The position numbers and the translations under genes were made by a program. The notes under the pieces are model-generated. The model did no database searches. It was given only the letters and a program-made list of their open reading frames with translations, and was not told where the DNA came from. This document shows positions 47,903 through 57,897 of a stretch of DNA of 64,000 bases, one piece after another. Location: assembly GCA_038227875.1 (NCBI GenBank), contig JBBRPR010000020.1:71166-135165 (forward strand), in the 5' to 3' direction. Position 1 is the first letter of the stretch. Each line of letters begins with the position of its first letter. Source of the stretch: Planctomycetota bacterium (lineage in GTDB: Bacteria > Planctomycetota > SZUA-567 > H5-PLA8).

Positions 47903-48958
47903 ATGCATACTGAATACCTCATCCTGGATGGCGGAGCAGGGGACAACGAGAAGCTCGCTCACGCGGCGCGCTTGCTCCGCGCTGGCGAATTGGTCGCCTT
48001 TCCCACGGAAACCGTCTACGGACTCGGCGCCGACGCCCGCAATCCCGAAGCGCTCGCCAAGCTGACCAAAGTCAAAGGCCGCCGCGACGGCAAGCCCTAT
48101 TCGCTGCTCGTGCCCTCGCTGCGCGCCGCCGAAGAAAGCGCCGGCGGCTTCTCGCGCATCGCACAGAAACTCGCGCGCGTCTACTGGCCCGGCTCGATTA
48201 CCATTGTCGCGCCGCGCCCCGACGGCAGCACCATCGGCCTGCGCCTGCCCGACCATCGCATCGCGCGCGCCCTGATCGCGCAGTGCGGCTTCCCGCTCGC
48301 CACGCCCAGCGCCAACAAGTCCGGCACGGCCGAACCGGTCTCCGCGCAGCAGGTCCGCGACGCGCTCGACGGCGAGATCGCGGCGGTTATTGACGGCGGC
48401 CCGGCGACACAGGGACGTCCGTCCACCGTCGTGAAGGTGCTCGACAAGACCGTCCAGGTGTTGCGCGAAGGCAACATCACCGAAAGTGATATCGTCCAGC
48501 TCGCGCGACCGACGGTGCTCTTCGTCTGCACGGGCAACACCTGCAGAAGTCCGATGGCCGCGGGATTCAGCACAGCGGAATTCGAATCCACGGCGCGCGA
48601 TGCCGGACTGCCCTTCCGCGTGCTCTCCGCGGGCACGGCCGCCACCGACGGGGAACGCGCCGACCCGATGGCGATCGAAGCGATGCGCGAAGTCGGTATT
48701 GACATTTCGACGCATCGCACACGCGGCGTCAGTCCCAGCGTGCTCGACACCGCCGACTGGATCTTCACCATGACCAGCGGCCACAAGGAAAGTATCCTCT
48801 CTTTTATGCCCTCGTGCACTGAGCGGATTAAGCTTTTATCGAAGCGAAATGAAGAAATTCCAGATCCCATCTCACATTCACTGGAAGGTTACAGGCAAGT
48901 GCGTGATAAGATTGCTATTTGTCTGCGGGATGTAGTACGCTTGGTACAAGGTGCATAA
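47903..48958 (+). CDS. Threonylcarbamoyl-AMP synthase (TsaC/Sua5) fused to a low-molecular-weight protein phosphatase (YwlE-like)
   Basis: VAFPTETVYGLG, K.R, WPGSIT, GLRLPDH, PSANKSG, PSTVV, LREG; then LFVCTGNTCRSPMA, SAGT, IPDP. Confidence 0.93.
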   Translation: MHTEYLILDGGAGDNEKLAHAARLLRAGELVAFPTETVYGLGADARNPEALAKLTKVKGRRDGKPYSLLVPSLRAAEESAGGFSRIAQKLARVYWPGSITIVAPRPDGSTIGLRLPDHRIARALIAQCGFPLATPSANKSGTAEPVSAQQVRDALDGEIAAVIDGGPATQGRPSTVVKVLDKTVQVLREGNITESDIVQLARPTVLFVCTGNTCRSPMAAGFSTAEFESTARDAGLPFRVLSAGTAATDGERADPMAIEAMREVGIDISTHRTRGVSPSVLDTADWIFTMTSGHKESILSFMPSCTERIKLLSKRNEEIPDPISHSLEGYRQVRDKIAICLRDVVRLVQGA

Positions 48959-49092
48959 CGATCTGGTGGCTCGTCGTTCGGATCATAAGCACTGAGCCAG
49001 GAAGCACTCGGGCTTGTTCCGAGTGACTCGGGTCAATTGGCCCGGGTCAACCCGCAGTCGACGCATCATCAGGGCTCACTTGGGGAGCAACT

Positions 49093-52000
49093 ATGGCGAC
49101 CGACCCCTTAATAGGCACCACCATCGGCGGCTGCATGATCCTGGAGGTCATCGGCCAGGGCGGCATGGGTGTGATCTATAAGGCGCGGCAGAAGTCCCTC
49201 GACCGAATCGTGGCGTTGAAAGTGCTCGCGCCGCATCTGGCCAACGATGCCAATTTCGTCGGCCGCTTCCAACGTGAAGCTCGCGCCATCGCCCGCGTCA
49301 ACCATCCCAACATCCTGGCCGTCTACGACGTCGGCGACGATCAGAACACCAACTACATGATCATGGAGTTGATCGACGGGCAGAGTCTCGCCGAATTGCA
49401 GACCGAACGCCGCGGCGCGCTGCCGTGGGACGAAGCGTCGGCGTTCATCAAGCAGGCCGCCCAGGGACTGGAAGCCGCGCAGGCCTCCGGCATCATCCAC
49501 CGCGACATCAAGCCTGAAAATCTGATGGTCACCAAGAAGAACGTGATCAAGGTCTCCGACTTCGGTCTCGCCAAGGATGCCGACGCAACCACGACCTCCA
49601 CCGACGCGGTGATGGGCACGCCGGCCTTCATGAGCCCCGAGCAGTGCGACGGCAAGAAGGTCGACGGGCGTTCGGACATCTACAGCCTTGGCGGCACTTT
49701 TTACAGATTGATCACCGGCCGCCTGCCGTTCGAAGCCGAGACGGCGATGTCGATGATGTATCGCCACAAACACGAAGCGCTGATCCCGCCGCACGAAGTC
49801 GTGCCGACGCTCTCGCAGAACGTCTCCGAAATCATCATCAAGATGATGGCCAAGAAACGCGAGCAGCGCTTCCAGACCATGACGGAAGTGATCGATGCGA
49901 TCGATCAATCCCGGGCGCAGCCGGCCTCGCAGCCGCCTTCGCGCATGCAGATTCCTGCGCCGCAGATGGAAGAAAGCGGGCTGCCGCCGATGGGCCATTC
50001 GGTGCCGCCCTCCAGTTACGATCCGCCGGATTTCCCCGCGCCGCCCGCGGGCATGTTGCAGCAGGACGACAGCCACGCCTCCGGACGCCGCCCCATGCCG
50101 CCGATGCCGGTGCCGACCGGCGGCTCCGCCCGCATGAACGCGGCCAGCAGCCGTATGCCGGCGACCTCCGCGCCGCCCGGTGGCTTTGGTTCCAATGATT
50201 CGTCCTCGCGGATGAACATGCCCAGTGGTTTGATCGGCGGGATGGCGCCCGGCCTGGCTGTGCCCGACGATGCCTACACCGCCGTGGCCAGCGGCGACGA
50301 AGCGCTCGCGCGCGGCGATCGCACCAACGGCATGAAGGCCTACCGCAAGGCGCTCCAATCCCGCGCACTGGACAACGCCACGCGCACGCGCATTGAAGCG
50401 GAAGTGCGCAAGGAGATGACCTCCCGCCGCCAGGCCGCCGACAATCTGCTCAAGCGCGGCTTGCTGGTCGAAGCCAGCCGCGAATTCCGCATCCTGATGG
50501 AGATCGATCCATCGGACGAAGGCATCAAGGCGATGCAGAAGGATATCGACAACAAGCTGGCGCAAAAGCGCACGCTGGTCAACGATATCCGCACCGCCAT
50601 CGCCGCCAACCAGTTCGAGCGCGCGATCAAGGTCTGGGACTCCACGCCCACCGAACTGCGCGACGACGCGTTGAGCAAGCAGATCGAACAGCTGCGCAGC
50701 GTCGTCGTCCCGTCGTTCAAGCTCGCCGAGCAGGGCGAAAGCTTCGCCAAGCAGGGCCGCCTGGAAGAAGCCATCGCCACCTTCGAAGACGCACTGAAGA
50801 TCAACGCCGCGTGCGAAGTGGCGCGCATCGGTCTTAAAGACGCCGAGCAGAAAGTGGCGCGCATCGAATTCATGCTCAAAGAAGGCTACCAGTACAGCCT
50901 GGAACAGAATTACGCCAAGGCCGTCGAAACGTGGAAGCCGATTCTGCAACTGCGCCCCGGCCATCCGCAGACGGTCAAGAGCATGCTCGACGCCTACGTC
51001 GCGCACGCGCAGTATCTCCGCGCACAGGGCGATCTGGAAGGCGCGCTGGCCGCCTATAAAGGCGCGGCCGAAACCGATCCGCAGAACCGCAGCGTGCGCA
51101 AAGTCACCGAAGACCTGACCAACCTCTTCGACAAGGAATCCGCGCTGGTCGACCGTGCCAACGACTCCGCCGCGCGCGGCAACCTCTCGGCGGCGATCAA
51201 GTATTGGAAGGACATCCAGCGCCTCAACCCCGCCAACAAGCGCGCGGGCCAGCAGATCAACCAGCTGGTGCGGATGCGCTCCGGCGGCCGCGCGAAGTTC
51301 ATGGTCCTCGCGTTCATCGCGGTCTTTGCGATTGTGGCTGGTTATCAATATTGGACGGAAATGAAGCTGTTGAAGGACTGCGATTTGGCAATGACGGAAA
51401 AACGCTACGGAGACGTGGCTTCATTGCTCAGTGGCTCGCGAACATTTTTCCTCACGGAAAAGCTGGAGAAGTTGAAGGCCGAAGCCAGTGCAGAGTTGAC
51501 GGTTGAGACTGCAGAAAAGGATATGGATGGCCCCAACCCGGATACTTCGAAGCTCAAGGTTCTCATCACGATCATCAAAGACAAACAGAAGGCTGCCAAG
51601 ATGACCGCGTTGTATATGACCACCGAGATTCGCATTGCCCGGGAGAAAGCCGACATTGCGATTCTCGATGCCATCAAAGGGGACGATATTAATGCGGAAG
51701 GTAAATTCAATGCGGCCTTCAACTCGCTCTCCGACCTGCAAGGAGAGGCGCAGGGGTGGCCCAGCGGCACTCCTCCGATGGCGATCTCGCAGCCGGTCCG
51801 TGAAGAACTGGATAAGATCGACAAAGAGATCGGTGTCCTCCAGGTATTAAAGAACGCCCTCATGAGCAAACGGGGCGGCGTGAACAATAAGCAAAAGGCG
51901 ATCGCTCAATTTCAATCCGCGCGCGACAAGATCGCCGTGCTGACGCGGATCGAAGGGATGGACCAGTATATCAGCAAGCAACTTGCCGCTCTGGGCTCGG

Positions 52001-52746
52001 ATAAGAAAGTGCTCTCGGAATCGCTCGAAGGCGGACGCGCCGCAATTGCCGTTGTCGACGCGGAAGGCCGTCACTCCGAATTGGACAAGGCTCGCAAATT
52101 CATCGAAACCGCGCGCGACCAGGGCGCGGACCGGGATGAAGTCATCCAGCTTCTCCAGTACATTGAAGACCTGGTGACCTGCGAAAAAGAGTCCAACAAC
52201 ATGCGCATGTACCAGCAGAGCAACCCATTGAAAACGAAGCTCTGGGGCAGTCACGAGCGCGCCGTGGCCTTCTGCATCGACCGTTTCGAATACCCGAATG
52301 AGCAAGGCAAGATGCCCGAAACGGAAGTGCTGTACTTGGACGCGATCTCCAAGTGCGCCGCAAAGGGCAAGGTACTCTGCTCCCTGTCTGATTGGAACTC
52401 GGCGTGCAAAGGCGGTCCTAATTTCACACAACCGTATCCCTACGGCATCGAGCCGGTGCCTGAAAACTGCAATACAGAAGGCAAGGCAACCGTCGCCGGC
52501 GGCTCCAAAAAGCCGTGTAGAAATTCCGTTGGCGTCTACGACATGAGCGGCAACGTCTGGGAATTCGTGATCGATCCGTCTCTGAATCCCAATGACAATC
52601 TGGTGACGGTGGTCGGCGGCGGATTCAATACCACGGCCAAGCTCTCCAGCTGCGACGACAAAGATCCTTCGCGCCTGAAGAGTGATAAGTACAAGGACGT
52701 CGGCTTCCGCTGCTGCTTGAAGCTGGTTGTCAACTCCGACAAATAA
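49093..52746 (+). CDS. Membrane Ser/Thr protein kinase with Pro/Met-rich linker, TPRs, TM helix and C-terminal FGE-sulfatase-like domain
   Basis: IGQGGMG, VALK, HRDIKPEN, DFGLAK, GTPAFMSPEQ; TPR repeats; TM FMVLAFIAVFAIVAGY; IDRFEYPN, YDMSGNVWE, VGFRCC. Confidence 0.93.
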   Translation: MATDPLIGTTIGGCMILEVIGQGGMGVIYKARQKSLDRIVALKVLAPHLANDANFVGRFQREARAIARVNHPNILAVYDVGDDQNTNYMIMELIDGQSLAELQTERRGALPWDEASAFIKQAAQGLEAAQASGIIHRDIKPENLMVTKKNVIKVSDFGLAKDADATTTSTDAVMGTPAFMSPEQCDGKKVDGRSDIYSLGGTFYRLITGRLPFEAETAMSMMYRHKHEALIPPHEVVPTLSQNVSEIIIKMMAKKREQRFQTMTEVIDAIDQSRAQPASQPPSRMQIPAPQMEESGLPPMGHSVPPSSYDPPDFPAPPAGMLQQDDSHASGRRPMPPMPVPTGGSARMNAASSRMPATSAPPGGFGSNDSSSRMNMPSGLIGGMAPGLAVPDDAYTAVASGDEALARGDRTNGMKAYRKALQSRALDNATRTRIEAEVRKEMTSRRQAADNLLKRGLLVEASREFRILMEIDPSDEGIKAMQKDIDNKLAQKRTLVNDIRTAIAANQFERAIKVWDSTPTELRDDALSKQIEQLRSVVVPSFKLAEQGESFAKQGRLEEAIATFEDALKINAACEVARIGLKDAEQKVARIEFMLKEGYQYSLEQNYAKAVETWKPILQLRPGHPQTVKSMLDAYVAHAQYLRAQGDLEGALAAYKGAAETDPQNRSVRKVTEDLTNLFDKESALVDRANDSAARGNLSAAIKYWKDIQRLNPANKRAGQQINQLVRMRSGGRAKFMVLAFIAVFAIVAGYQYWTEMKLLKDCDLAMTEKRYGDVASLLSGSRTFFLTEKLEKLKAEASAELTVETAEKDMDGPNPDTSKLKVLITIIKDKQKAAKMTALYMTTEIRIAREKADIAILDAIKGDDINAEGKFNAAFNSLSDLQGEAQGWPSGTPPMAISQPVREELDKIDKEIGVLQVLKNALMSKRGGVNNKQKAIAQFQSARDKIAVLTRIEGMDQYISKQLAALGSDKKVLSESLEGGRAAIAVVDAEGRHSELDKARKFIETARDQGADRDEVIQLLQYIEDLVTCEKESNNMRMYQQSNPLKTKLWGSHERAVAFCIDRFEYPNEQGKMPETEVLYLDAISKCAAKGKVLCSLSDWNSACKGGPNFTQPYPYGIEPVPENCNTEGKATVAGGSKKPCRNSVGVYDMSGNVWEFVIDPSLNPNDNLVTVVGGGFNTTAKLSSCDDKDPSRLKSDKYKDVGFRCCLKLVVNSDK

Positions 52747-52756
52747 CGAGCGTGAC

Positions 52757-53488
52757 ATGAGCCGAAGCGCACAAAGCGTTCAACGATCCGCGTATATGAT
52801 GCTCGCTTTCCTCTTCATTTTTGGAGGAGGCGCGTTTGGCTATTACATTTGGGTCGGTACGGTCGACCTCACTCAACAGCCGCATGTCGAATCCACCGGC
52901 GGCTCTACTACCGCCACCGCGCAGAAGATTGCGCCGACGTTGACACTGAAAACCGAAGAGCGCACGCCCGGCGGACTCTTCATCATCGCCACCGTCACCA
53001 ATACCTCCAGCAACCGCATGACCTTGCCGGACATCATGGTCATCGAGCCGCTCTACACCGTCTCCCTGAAGTACGCGTTTACCAAGTCGGAGGAACTGCG
53101 CGAACTGCCGCGCGTGGCTGCGATGCAGACCCGCGTCACTGTTGCCGATGTCAGCCCACCGTTGCCCTACAACTCCATGCGCGATGTTGAAGTCACCTTG
53201 CTCAGCGGTCGCGCGCACAGCGTCGCCATCCCGCTCGGCACCTGGTACGTGATGAAGCCCGGGCACTACGAAGTGAAAGTAGTCTTCCGTCCTACCGACA
53301 TCGTCCTCGCTCCGGATAGCGATGCGAAGTCGCTCCCAAGTTTCAATGCCGGTCCCGCCAGCACGACGCTGGCCTTCGATTGGCCGTTGGAGAAAGCCGA
53401 CAAAGCCGACAAGCCCGCGCCAGCAAATTCCGGAGCGAAGGCGCCGGACACCGCCGTCAAGACAGTCGAACTGCCGGCCTCAAAGTAA
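52757..53488 (+). CDS. Membrane-anchored hypothetical protein (Ig-like ectodomain)
   Basis: N-terminal TM; beta-rich body with TVTNTS and PGHYEVKV; 10 bp downstream of the kinase. Confidence 0.7.
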   Translation: MSRSAQSVQRSAYMMLAFLFIFGGGAFGYYIWVGTVDLTQQPHVESTGGSTTATAQKIAPTLTLKTEERTPGGLFIIATVTNTSSNRMTLPDIMVIEPLYTVSLKYAFTKSEELRELPRVAAMQTRVTVADVSPPLPYNSMRDVEVTLLSGRAHSVAIPLGTWYVMKPGHYEVKVVFRPTDIVLAPDSDAKSLPSFNAGPASTTLAFDWPLEKADKADKPAPANSGAKAPDTAVKTVELPASK

Positions 53489-53489
53489 G

Positions 53490-56102
53490 TTATTGGCTGC
53501 TGCCCTTAAAGACTCCGCAGCCGGAAGTACCGATCCAGACTTCACCCGGATTACGCGGGTTCAATGTCGTGTCGTCTATTCCACCGAATGGAAAGTCGTT
53601 CATCTTAGCCCAGTTCGCGCCGCCATCTAGACTATGAAACAGACCCTCGCCACCCGCTACCCACGTTTTCCCGTCCGGCGACCGGTCCGCCGAGCGCACT
53701 GGCGTGGCGAAGACTTTCTTCCACGTCTCGCCACCGTCGCTCGACGCGTACACGCCCCCGTCCTGGCCTTCCACCGCTGCGATGAGGAACTTCTCGTTCT
53801 CCTTGCCGCCCGATTCCATCACGCGCAAGTCGCGAATGTCGGCGAGGGCGGGGGACTTGTCGACCCGCGACCATGCCGACTTGCCTTCCTCAAATTTCCA
53901 GACGCCGCCGGGTTTGCCGCGCGTACACGCCAGGTAGATCGTATTGTCCGGCGTCTGCCGCAGCCGCCACACCAGCGGGCTGCCCGGCAATCCCGCGTTG
54001 ACCGCTTCAAAATTCTTGCCGCCGTTGGTGGAGCGGTACACGCCGCTCGAGTACACCGCCACGTAAAGCGCCCCCGACTTGCGATCGATCAACACGGACG
54101 TGCACGGCAACTCGGGAAGCCCGCTTTTCTCGAAGGGCGTCCACGACTTTCCGCCATCGCTGGACTCCGCGACGCCGCCAATGCCGTGCCCGCCCGGTGC
54201 GAAATCCGCGCCCGGCAGGTTGTGAAATCCCGAGAACGCTCCGTACAAGTGCCCCGGAACTCTGCGGTCGACGGCCAGCTCATAACAGGAGTTCCGCCAC
54301 TCGGACTTGATGCCGGTGTTCCAGATCCCTTCGTTGTATGTCCACGACTTCCCGCCGTCCTCCGTGCGGAACGACCCGATGTCCGCGTAGCACGCGTACC
54401 AGACATCCGCGCGCTTGGGATCGGGAATCACCTGATAGCAATAGGTCACTTCCAGCCCGCCGCCATCGAAATAGAACGGCGCCTTCATTGGCACTTTCGT
54501 GTGCTGTTCCTTGAAGACGTACCGCGGCGTCTCTTCTGGGTACGGATGGCTGTTGGTCTCGGTCAGCGATGCGCCCGCGTCTTCGCTGGTGAACAGCTGC
54601 ATGTCGCCGGAGAACCAGACTTGCTTGGGATTCTTCGGATTGCATCCCACCGCGCGGAAGCCGTCGTGCGACCACGGGAAGAATGTCATCAGCCATCCCG
54701 CGCCCTTGGTCGCGTCCGCGTACAGTTTCCGCCACGACTTCCCGCCATCGAGCGTCACAGCGCAGTTCGGGCCGGCGACGTAAGCGATGTTCGGATCCGA
54801 CCAGCCCGCTGCGAGCTGCTCGATATTCAGTCCCGCGCCGTCCTCCTTGTCCGAGAGCCCGCGTCCCGACGCCACAAACGAACTCCCGCCGTCGTCCGAG
54901 CGGTACACGCCGCCTGGCGGCTCCAGAGCTGCAAGTACCGCGCACTTTTTCGAAGACTTGTCGAACATACACACGCAGTCTCGCAGATCCGGCCGCGGCA
55001 GCCCGGTGCCGGCCTTCTCCCACGTCTGCCCCGCATCGCGGCTGCGGTAGAACCCATTCGACGTCGCCGCAAAGAGCGTCCGGTTCCCCACCGGCGAGGA
55101 CGGATCGATCGCAATCTTCTTCACCAACCCCGCGCCATCCGGCAGACCTTTCGACGCATCCTTGAACGTACCGCCACCATCGACGCTGCGTTCCGCGACG
55201 CACTTCTGGCCGCCATAATCTTTGAACCCTGCCTCACCGCCGCGCCCGTACGCGACCCAGATGGATTTCGGATCCTCCGGATCAACCGTGACTACGTGCC
55301 CCGAACAGAGCGGGAACTGCCGGTCCGCCGTGATGCCCTGCCACGTCGCACCGCCGTCGATCGAGCGGTGGACCTTGTCCGCCGCGCCGACGTAGATCGT
55401 GCTGGCATCCGCGCCAAACGCGACGCCGTGCCCGTACCGCAAACCGGGCAGCACGCGCCAATGCCGTCCGCCATCGCGTGTCAGGTACACGCCGCTCATG
55501 TCGCACGTGACCACCGCCGTCTTCGGATCGCTAGGACAGATCGTCGGAGTGTAAATCGTGCCGCCGCCACCCGGCCCCAGGCACTGCCACGGCCCGGCCG
55601 GAATCGTCTTCGCGCTTGTCGTCGGCGTGGTTCCCGAAGTCGCGGGAGCCGAAGCCGTTTTGGGCGCTGCCGACTTGATCGACTCGTAGAGCGCCTGAAT
55701 GTCTTTGGCGCGCGAGGCGTCGATCTTCAACGCCTTATCGAGCAGTTTCTCCGCCAGCGTGTCCTGGCTGACCTGATGCGCGTACCGTGCGACGAGCATC
55801 AGCTCATCGGCGCTGGCCGCCGCCACCTGCGCGATACCGAAGACATCTTTCGCGCTGATCAACTTCCATGGAATCGGCTGAGCCTGCCCGCCGATATCGA
55901 CCGTGAGCATGCTCTTGTCCGCCGAGACAAATTTCGCGTGAGGGGCATTGGCCGACTCCAGCGCGACGCTTTCGTTCTTCAAATTCGCCGCGCGCGCAAT
56001 GACCAGTTGCAGCAGGTCATCGTCTTTCACATTTTCCTGAGCACCGTTAGCGAATCTGGCGAACGAGAGGACGCAAACCAGAAGGAACAGAAATCGAAGC
56101 AT
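53490..56102 (-). CDS. Secreted BNR/Asp-box beta-propeller protein (GH74/VPS10-like)
   Basis: Signal peptide from MLRFLFLL; GPGGGG..CDMSGVY..DGG..W; many S.DGG.(T/S)W Asp-box repeats; IGTSGCGVFK end. Confidence 0.88.
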   Translation of the reverse strand: MLRFLFLLVCVLSFARFANGAQENVKDDDLLQLVIARAANLKNESVALESANAPHAKFVSADKSMLTVDIGGQAQPIPWKLISAKDVFGIAQVAAASADELMLVARYAHQVSQDTLAEKLLDKALKIDASRAKDIQALYESIKSAAPKTASAPATSGTTPTTSAKTIPAGPWQCLGPGGGGTIYTPTICPSDPKTAVVTCDMSGVYLTRDGGRHWRVLPGLRYGHGVAFGADASTIYVGAADKVHRSIDGGATWQGITADRQFPLCSGHVVTVDPEDPKSIWVAYGRGGEAGFKDYGGQKCVAERSVDGGGTFKDASKGLPDGAGLVKKIAIDPSSPVGNRTLFAATSNGFYRSRDAGQTWEKAGTGLPRPDLRDCVCMFDKSSKKCAVLAALEPPGGVYRSDDGGSSFVASGRGLSDKEDGAGLNIEQLAAGWSDPNIAYVAGPNCAVTLDGGKSWRKLYADATKGAGWLMTFFPWSHDGFRAVGCNPKNPKQVWFSGDMQLFTSEDAGASLTETNSHPYPEETPRYVFKEQHTKVPMKAPFYFDGGGLEVTYCYQVIPDPKRADVWYACYADIGSFRTEDGGKSWTYNEGIWNTGIKSEWRNSCYELAVDRRVPGHLYGAFSGFHNLPGADFAPGGHGIGGVAESSDGGKSWTPFEKSGLPELPCTSVLIDRKSGALYVAVYSSGVYRSTNGGKNFEAVNAGLPGSPLVWRLRQTPDNTIYLACTRGKPGGVWKFEEGKSAWSRVDKSPALADIRDLRVMESGGKENEKFLIAAVEGQDGGVYASSDGGETWKKVFATPVRSADRSPDGKTWVAGGEGLFHSLDGGANWAKMNDFPFGGIDDTTLNPRNPGEVWIGTSGCGVFKGSSQ

Positions 56103-56298
56103 AGATCCGCGTATCTCGTGAGAAGAAAGGAGGAAAAGGCCAGGTGATTCTAACGCGCCCTCGCCCGACGCTTCCACAGAAAAGAGCCACGCCACGATAT
56201 TTGAAGGAGTGTTTGAGCACGGGATCATTCGGCAGTGGAAAGTACACGCGGAGTCGAGTAATAGTAGAAGCTCAAAAGACCGAGCGCCTCAAGACAGC

Positions 56299-56388
56299 GG
56301 AGAGGTGGCAGAGTGGTCGAATGCACGGCCTTGCTAAGGCCGCAGGCGGGTAACCGTCTCGAGGGTTCGAATCCCTCCCTCTCCGCCA
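56299..56388 (+). tRNA. tRNA-Ser (anticodon GCT)
   Basis: Acceptor GGAGAGG/CCTCTCC, G discriminator, encoded CCA; anticodon arm CGGCC-TTGCTAA-GGCCG; long variable arm; T arm GAGGG-TTCGAAT-CCCTC. Confidence 0.97.
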
Positions 56389-56477
56389 GTTTTGTTTCCA
56401 CCCGTCTTATCTCCTTGCTCATCCTTGACTTCCATTTTCTCGTCCTCCCCGAATCGCGCCATTGTCCTAGATTTGTA

Positions 56478-57695
56478 CTAGATTCCATCCCGCTCACTGA
56501 CGGCCTCACACACACGACCGGCGACCGCCGCCGCCGCCGCCGTCGGCGCAGCCGCCACTGCCGCTGGGGCCGGTACCGCCGCGGAGACGGGAAGCGCGGC
56601 GGAGAAGGAGACTTTGACCATCGCCTTGCGCGAATCGTTCTTGAGCATGCGAAAGTAGCGCATCACCATGTCCAGGCTGGAATGACCGACCCAGTCCGCC
56701 ACGACGTAAGGCCCCACGCCGTTAAGCAGCGAATGCGTGATGAAGAAGCTGCGGAACGTATGCAGCTTGCCTTCGTCGAGACCGGCCCGCTCTAGCGTGC
56801 GCTTCAACGCGCTCAGCGCCCGTCTTCCGGAGATTTGCTGACCTCCTTTGGGGAATCGCTTGCACTTTCCACCTTTGAAGACCCAGCCCGGAGAGCGCGG
56901 CAACCGTTGCAGCAGGGCCTGCAGACGATCATTAAACGGTACCTTGCGGTCGTCCTTATCCTTGGGGCGCCAGTCACGCTTGCCACGCACCAGCACAAAG
57001 CCGGAGGCTTCGTCGATGTCCTCCCACGTCAGCCAGCACAATTCCCCGATGCGTAAGCCCGTGCACGCCAGGAACTCGAACACGTCCCTCCAGCGCTTGC
57101 CGGCGTGCTTCAAGATCAACTCGACCTGTTCGAGATCGAACGCCGGCTGAGTGCGCTTGGACGGCTTCTTGAGCTTGGCATTCTTCAATGGACTGAACGG
57201 CATCAGTTCGCGCTGGACGGCGAAGTTGAGCAACTGTTTGAGTACTGTGGACTCGTGATAGATCGTGGCGGACTCCGCCTTCTCCGAAACCCGGCGCGCC
57301 CGGTACTGATCAAACAGGCGCACGCTGAAATCGTTGGCGCGGAGCACCCCGCGGTCGCTGGCGAACTGGACGAAACGGTTGATCTCAGGTTTGTAGCGCT
57401 TGAGCGTCGAGACGCTCCGGCCTTCCACCGTCAGGTACGCCAGATACTCGGCGGCCAAGTCGCTCAGCAGCGGCGCCTTTTGCGGGACCTTGTGAGTTCC
57501 TTCTTGAAGGGAGACTTCCAAGCGCAAGGCTTCCTGCCTGGCGCGCTTGAGGTTCCGGGTCTTGAGAGAAATGCGACGCTGTTTCTTTTCGACGAGAAAC
57601 TCGGCCCACCACACGTCCTGGCGGCGGAAGATCGTCACGTGCTCGCCAACACGCTCACGCGCCGGCGCGTCGGCGGACTTACCAGTCTTTGCCAT
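56478..57695 (-). CDS. Tyrosine recombinase / integrase
   Basis: Arm-binding N-terminus (WWAEF..RRISLKT), core-binding domain, TGLRIGE, K, LHTFRS (HxxR), VGH, RY. Confidence 0.95.
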   Translation of the reverse strand: MAKTGKSADAPARERVGEHVTIFRRQDVWWAEFLVEKKQRRISLKTRNLKRARQEALRLEVSLQEGTHKVPQKAPLLSDLAAEYLAYLTVEGRSVSTLKRYKPEINRFVQFASDRGVLRANDFSVRLFDQYRARRVSEKAESATIYHESTVLKQLLNFAVQRELMPFSPLKNAKLKKPSKRTQPAFDLEQVELILKHAGKRWRDVFEFLACTGLRIGELCWLTWEDIDEASGFVLVRGKRDWRPKDKDDRKVPFNDRLQALLQRLPRSPGWVFKGGKCKRFPKGGQQISGRRALSALKRTLERAGLDEGKLHTFRSFFITHSLLNGVGPYVVADWVGHSSLDMVMRYFRMLKNDSRKAMVKVSFSAALPVSAAVPAPAAVAAAPTAAAAAVAGRVCEAVSERDGI

Positions 57696-57897
57696 CGAAG
57701 ATCTCCTGGAAAAATTTGTCACGGAGGATCAGCAGGCGCTTGCCCCGTCGCCGGGCGCAGGCATCAAGCCGGCCCTGTGACGACCACTCGTAAATGGTTT
57801 TGATGGGAACATTCAGTGCAGCTGCCGCTTGCGATACGCTCAGCACCGGCGACAGGTGACCAAAGGTGGTTTGAAGTTCGGATTGCGACAGCTTCAT
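57679..57897 (-). CDS. Excisionase-like HTH protein
   Basis: LSVSQAAAALNVPIKTIYEWSSQGRL..RGKRLLI; overlaps the integrase start. Confidence 0.88.
   Translation of the reverse strand: MKLSQSELQTTFGHLSPVLSVSQAAAALNVPIKTIYEWSSQGRLDACARRRGKRLLILRDKFFQEIFDGKDW

Noticed and set aside
53634..56147. Long antisense ORFs (837 aa here; also 49108-51348, 31284-32786, 16710-18095, 37223-38596, 2245-3462)
   Set aside because: They overlap well-supported genes on the opposite strand, have no motifs and are expected from GC-rich codon bias
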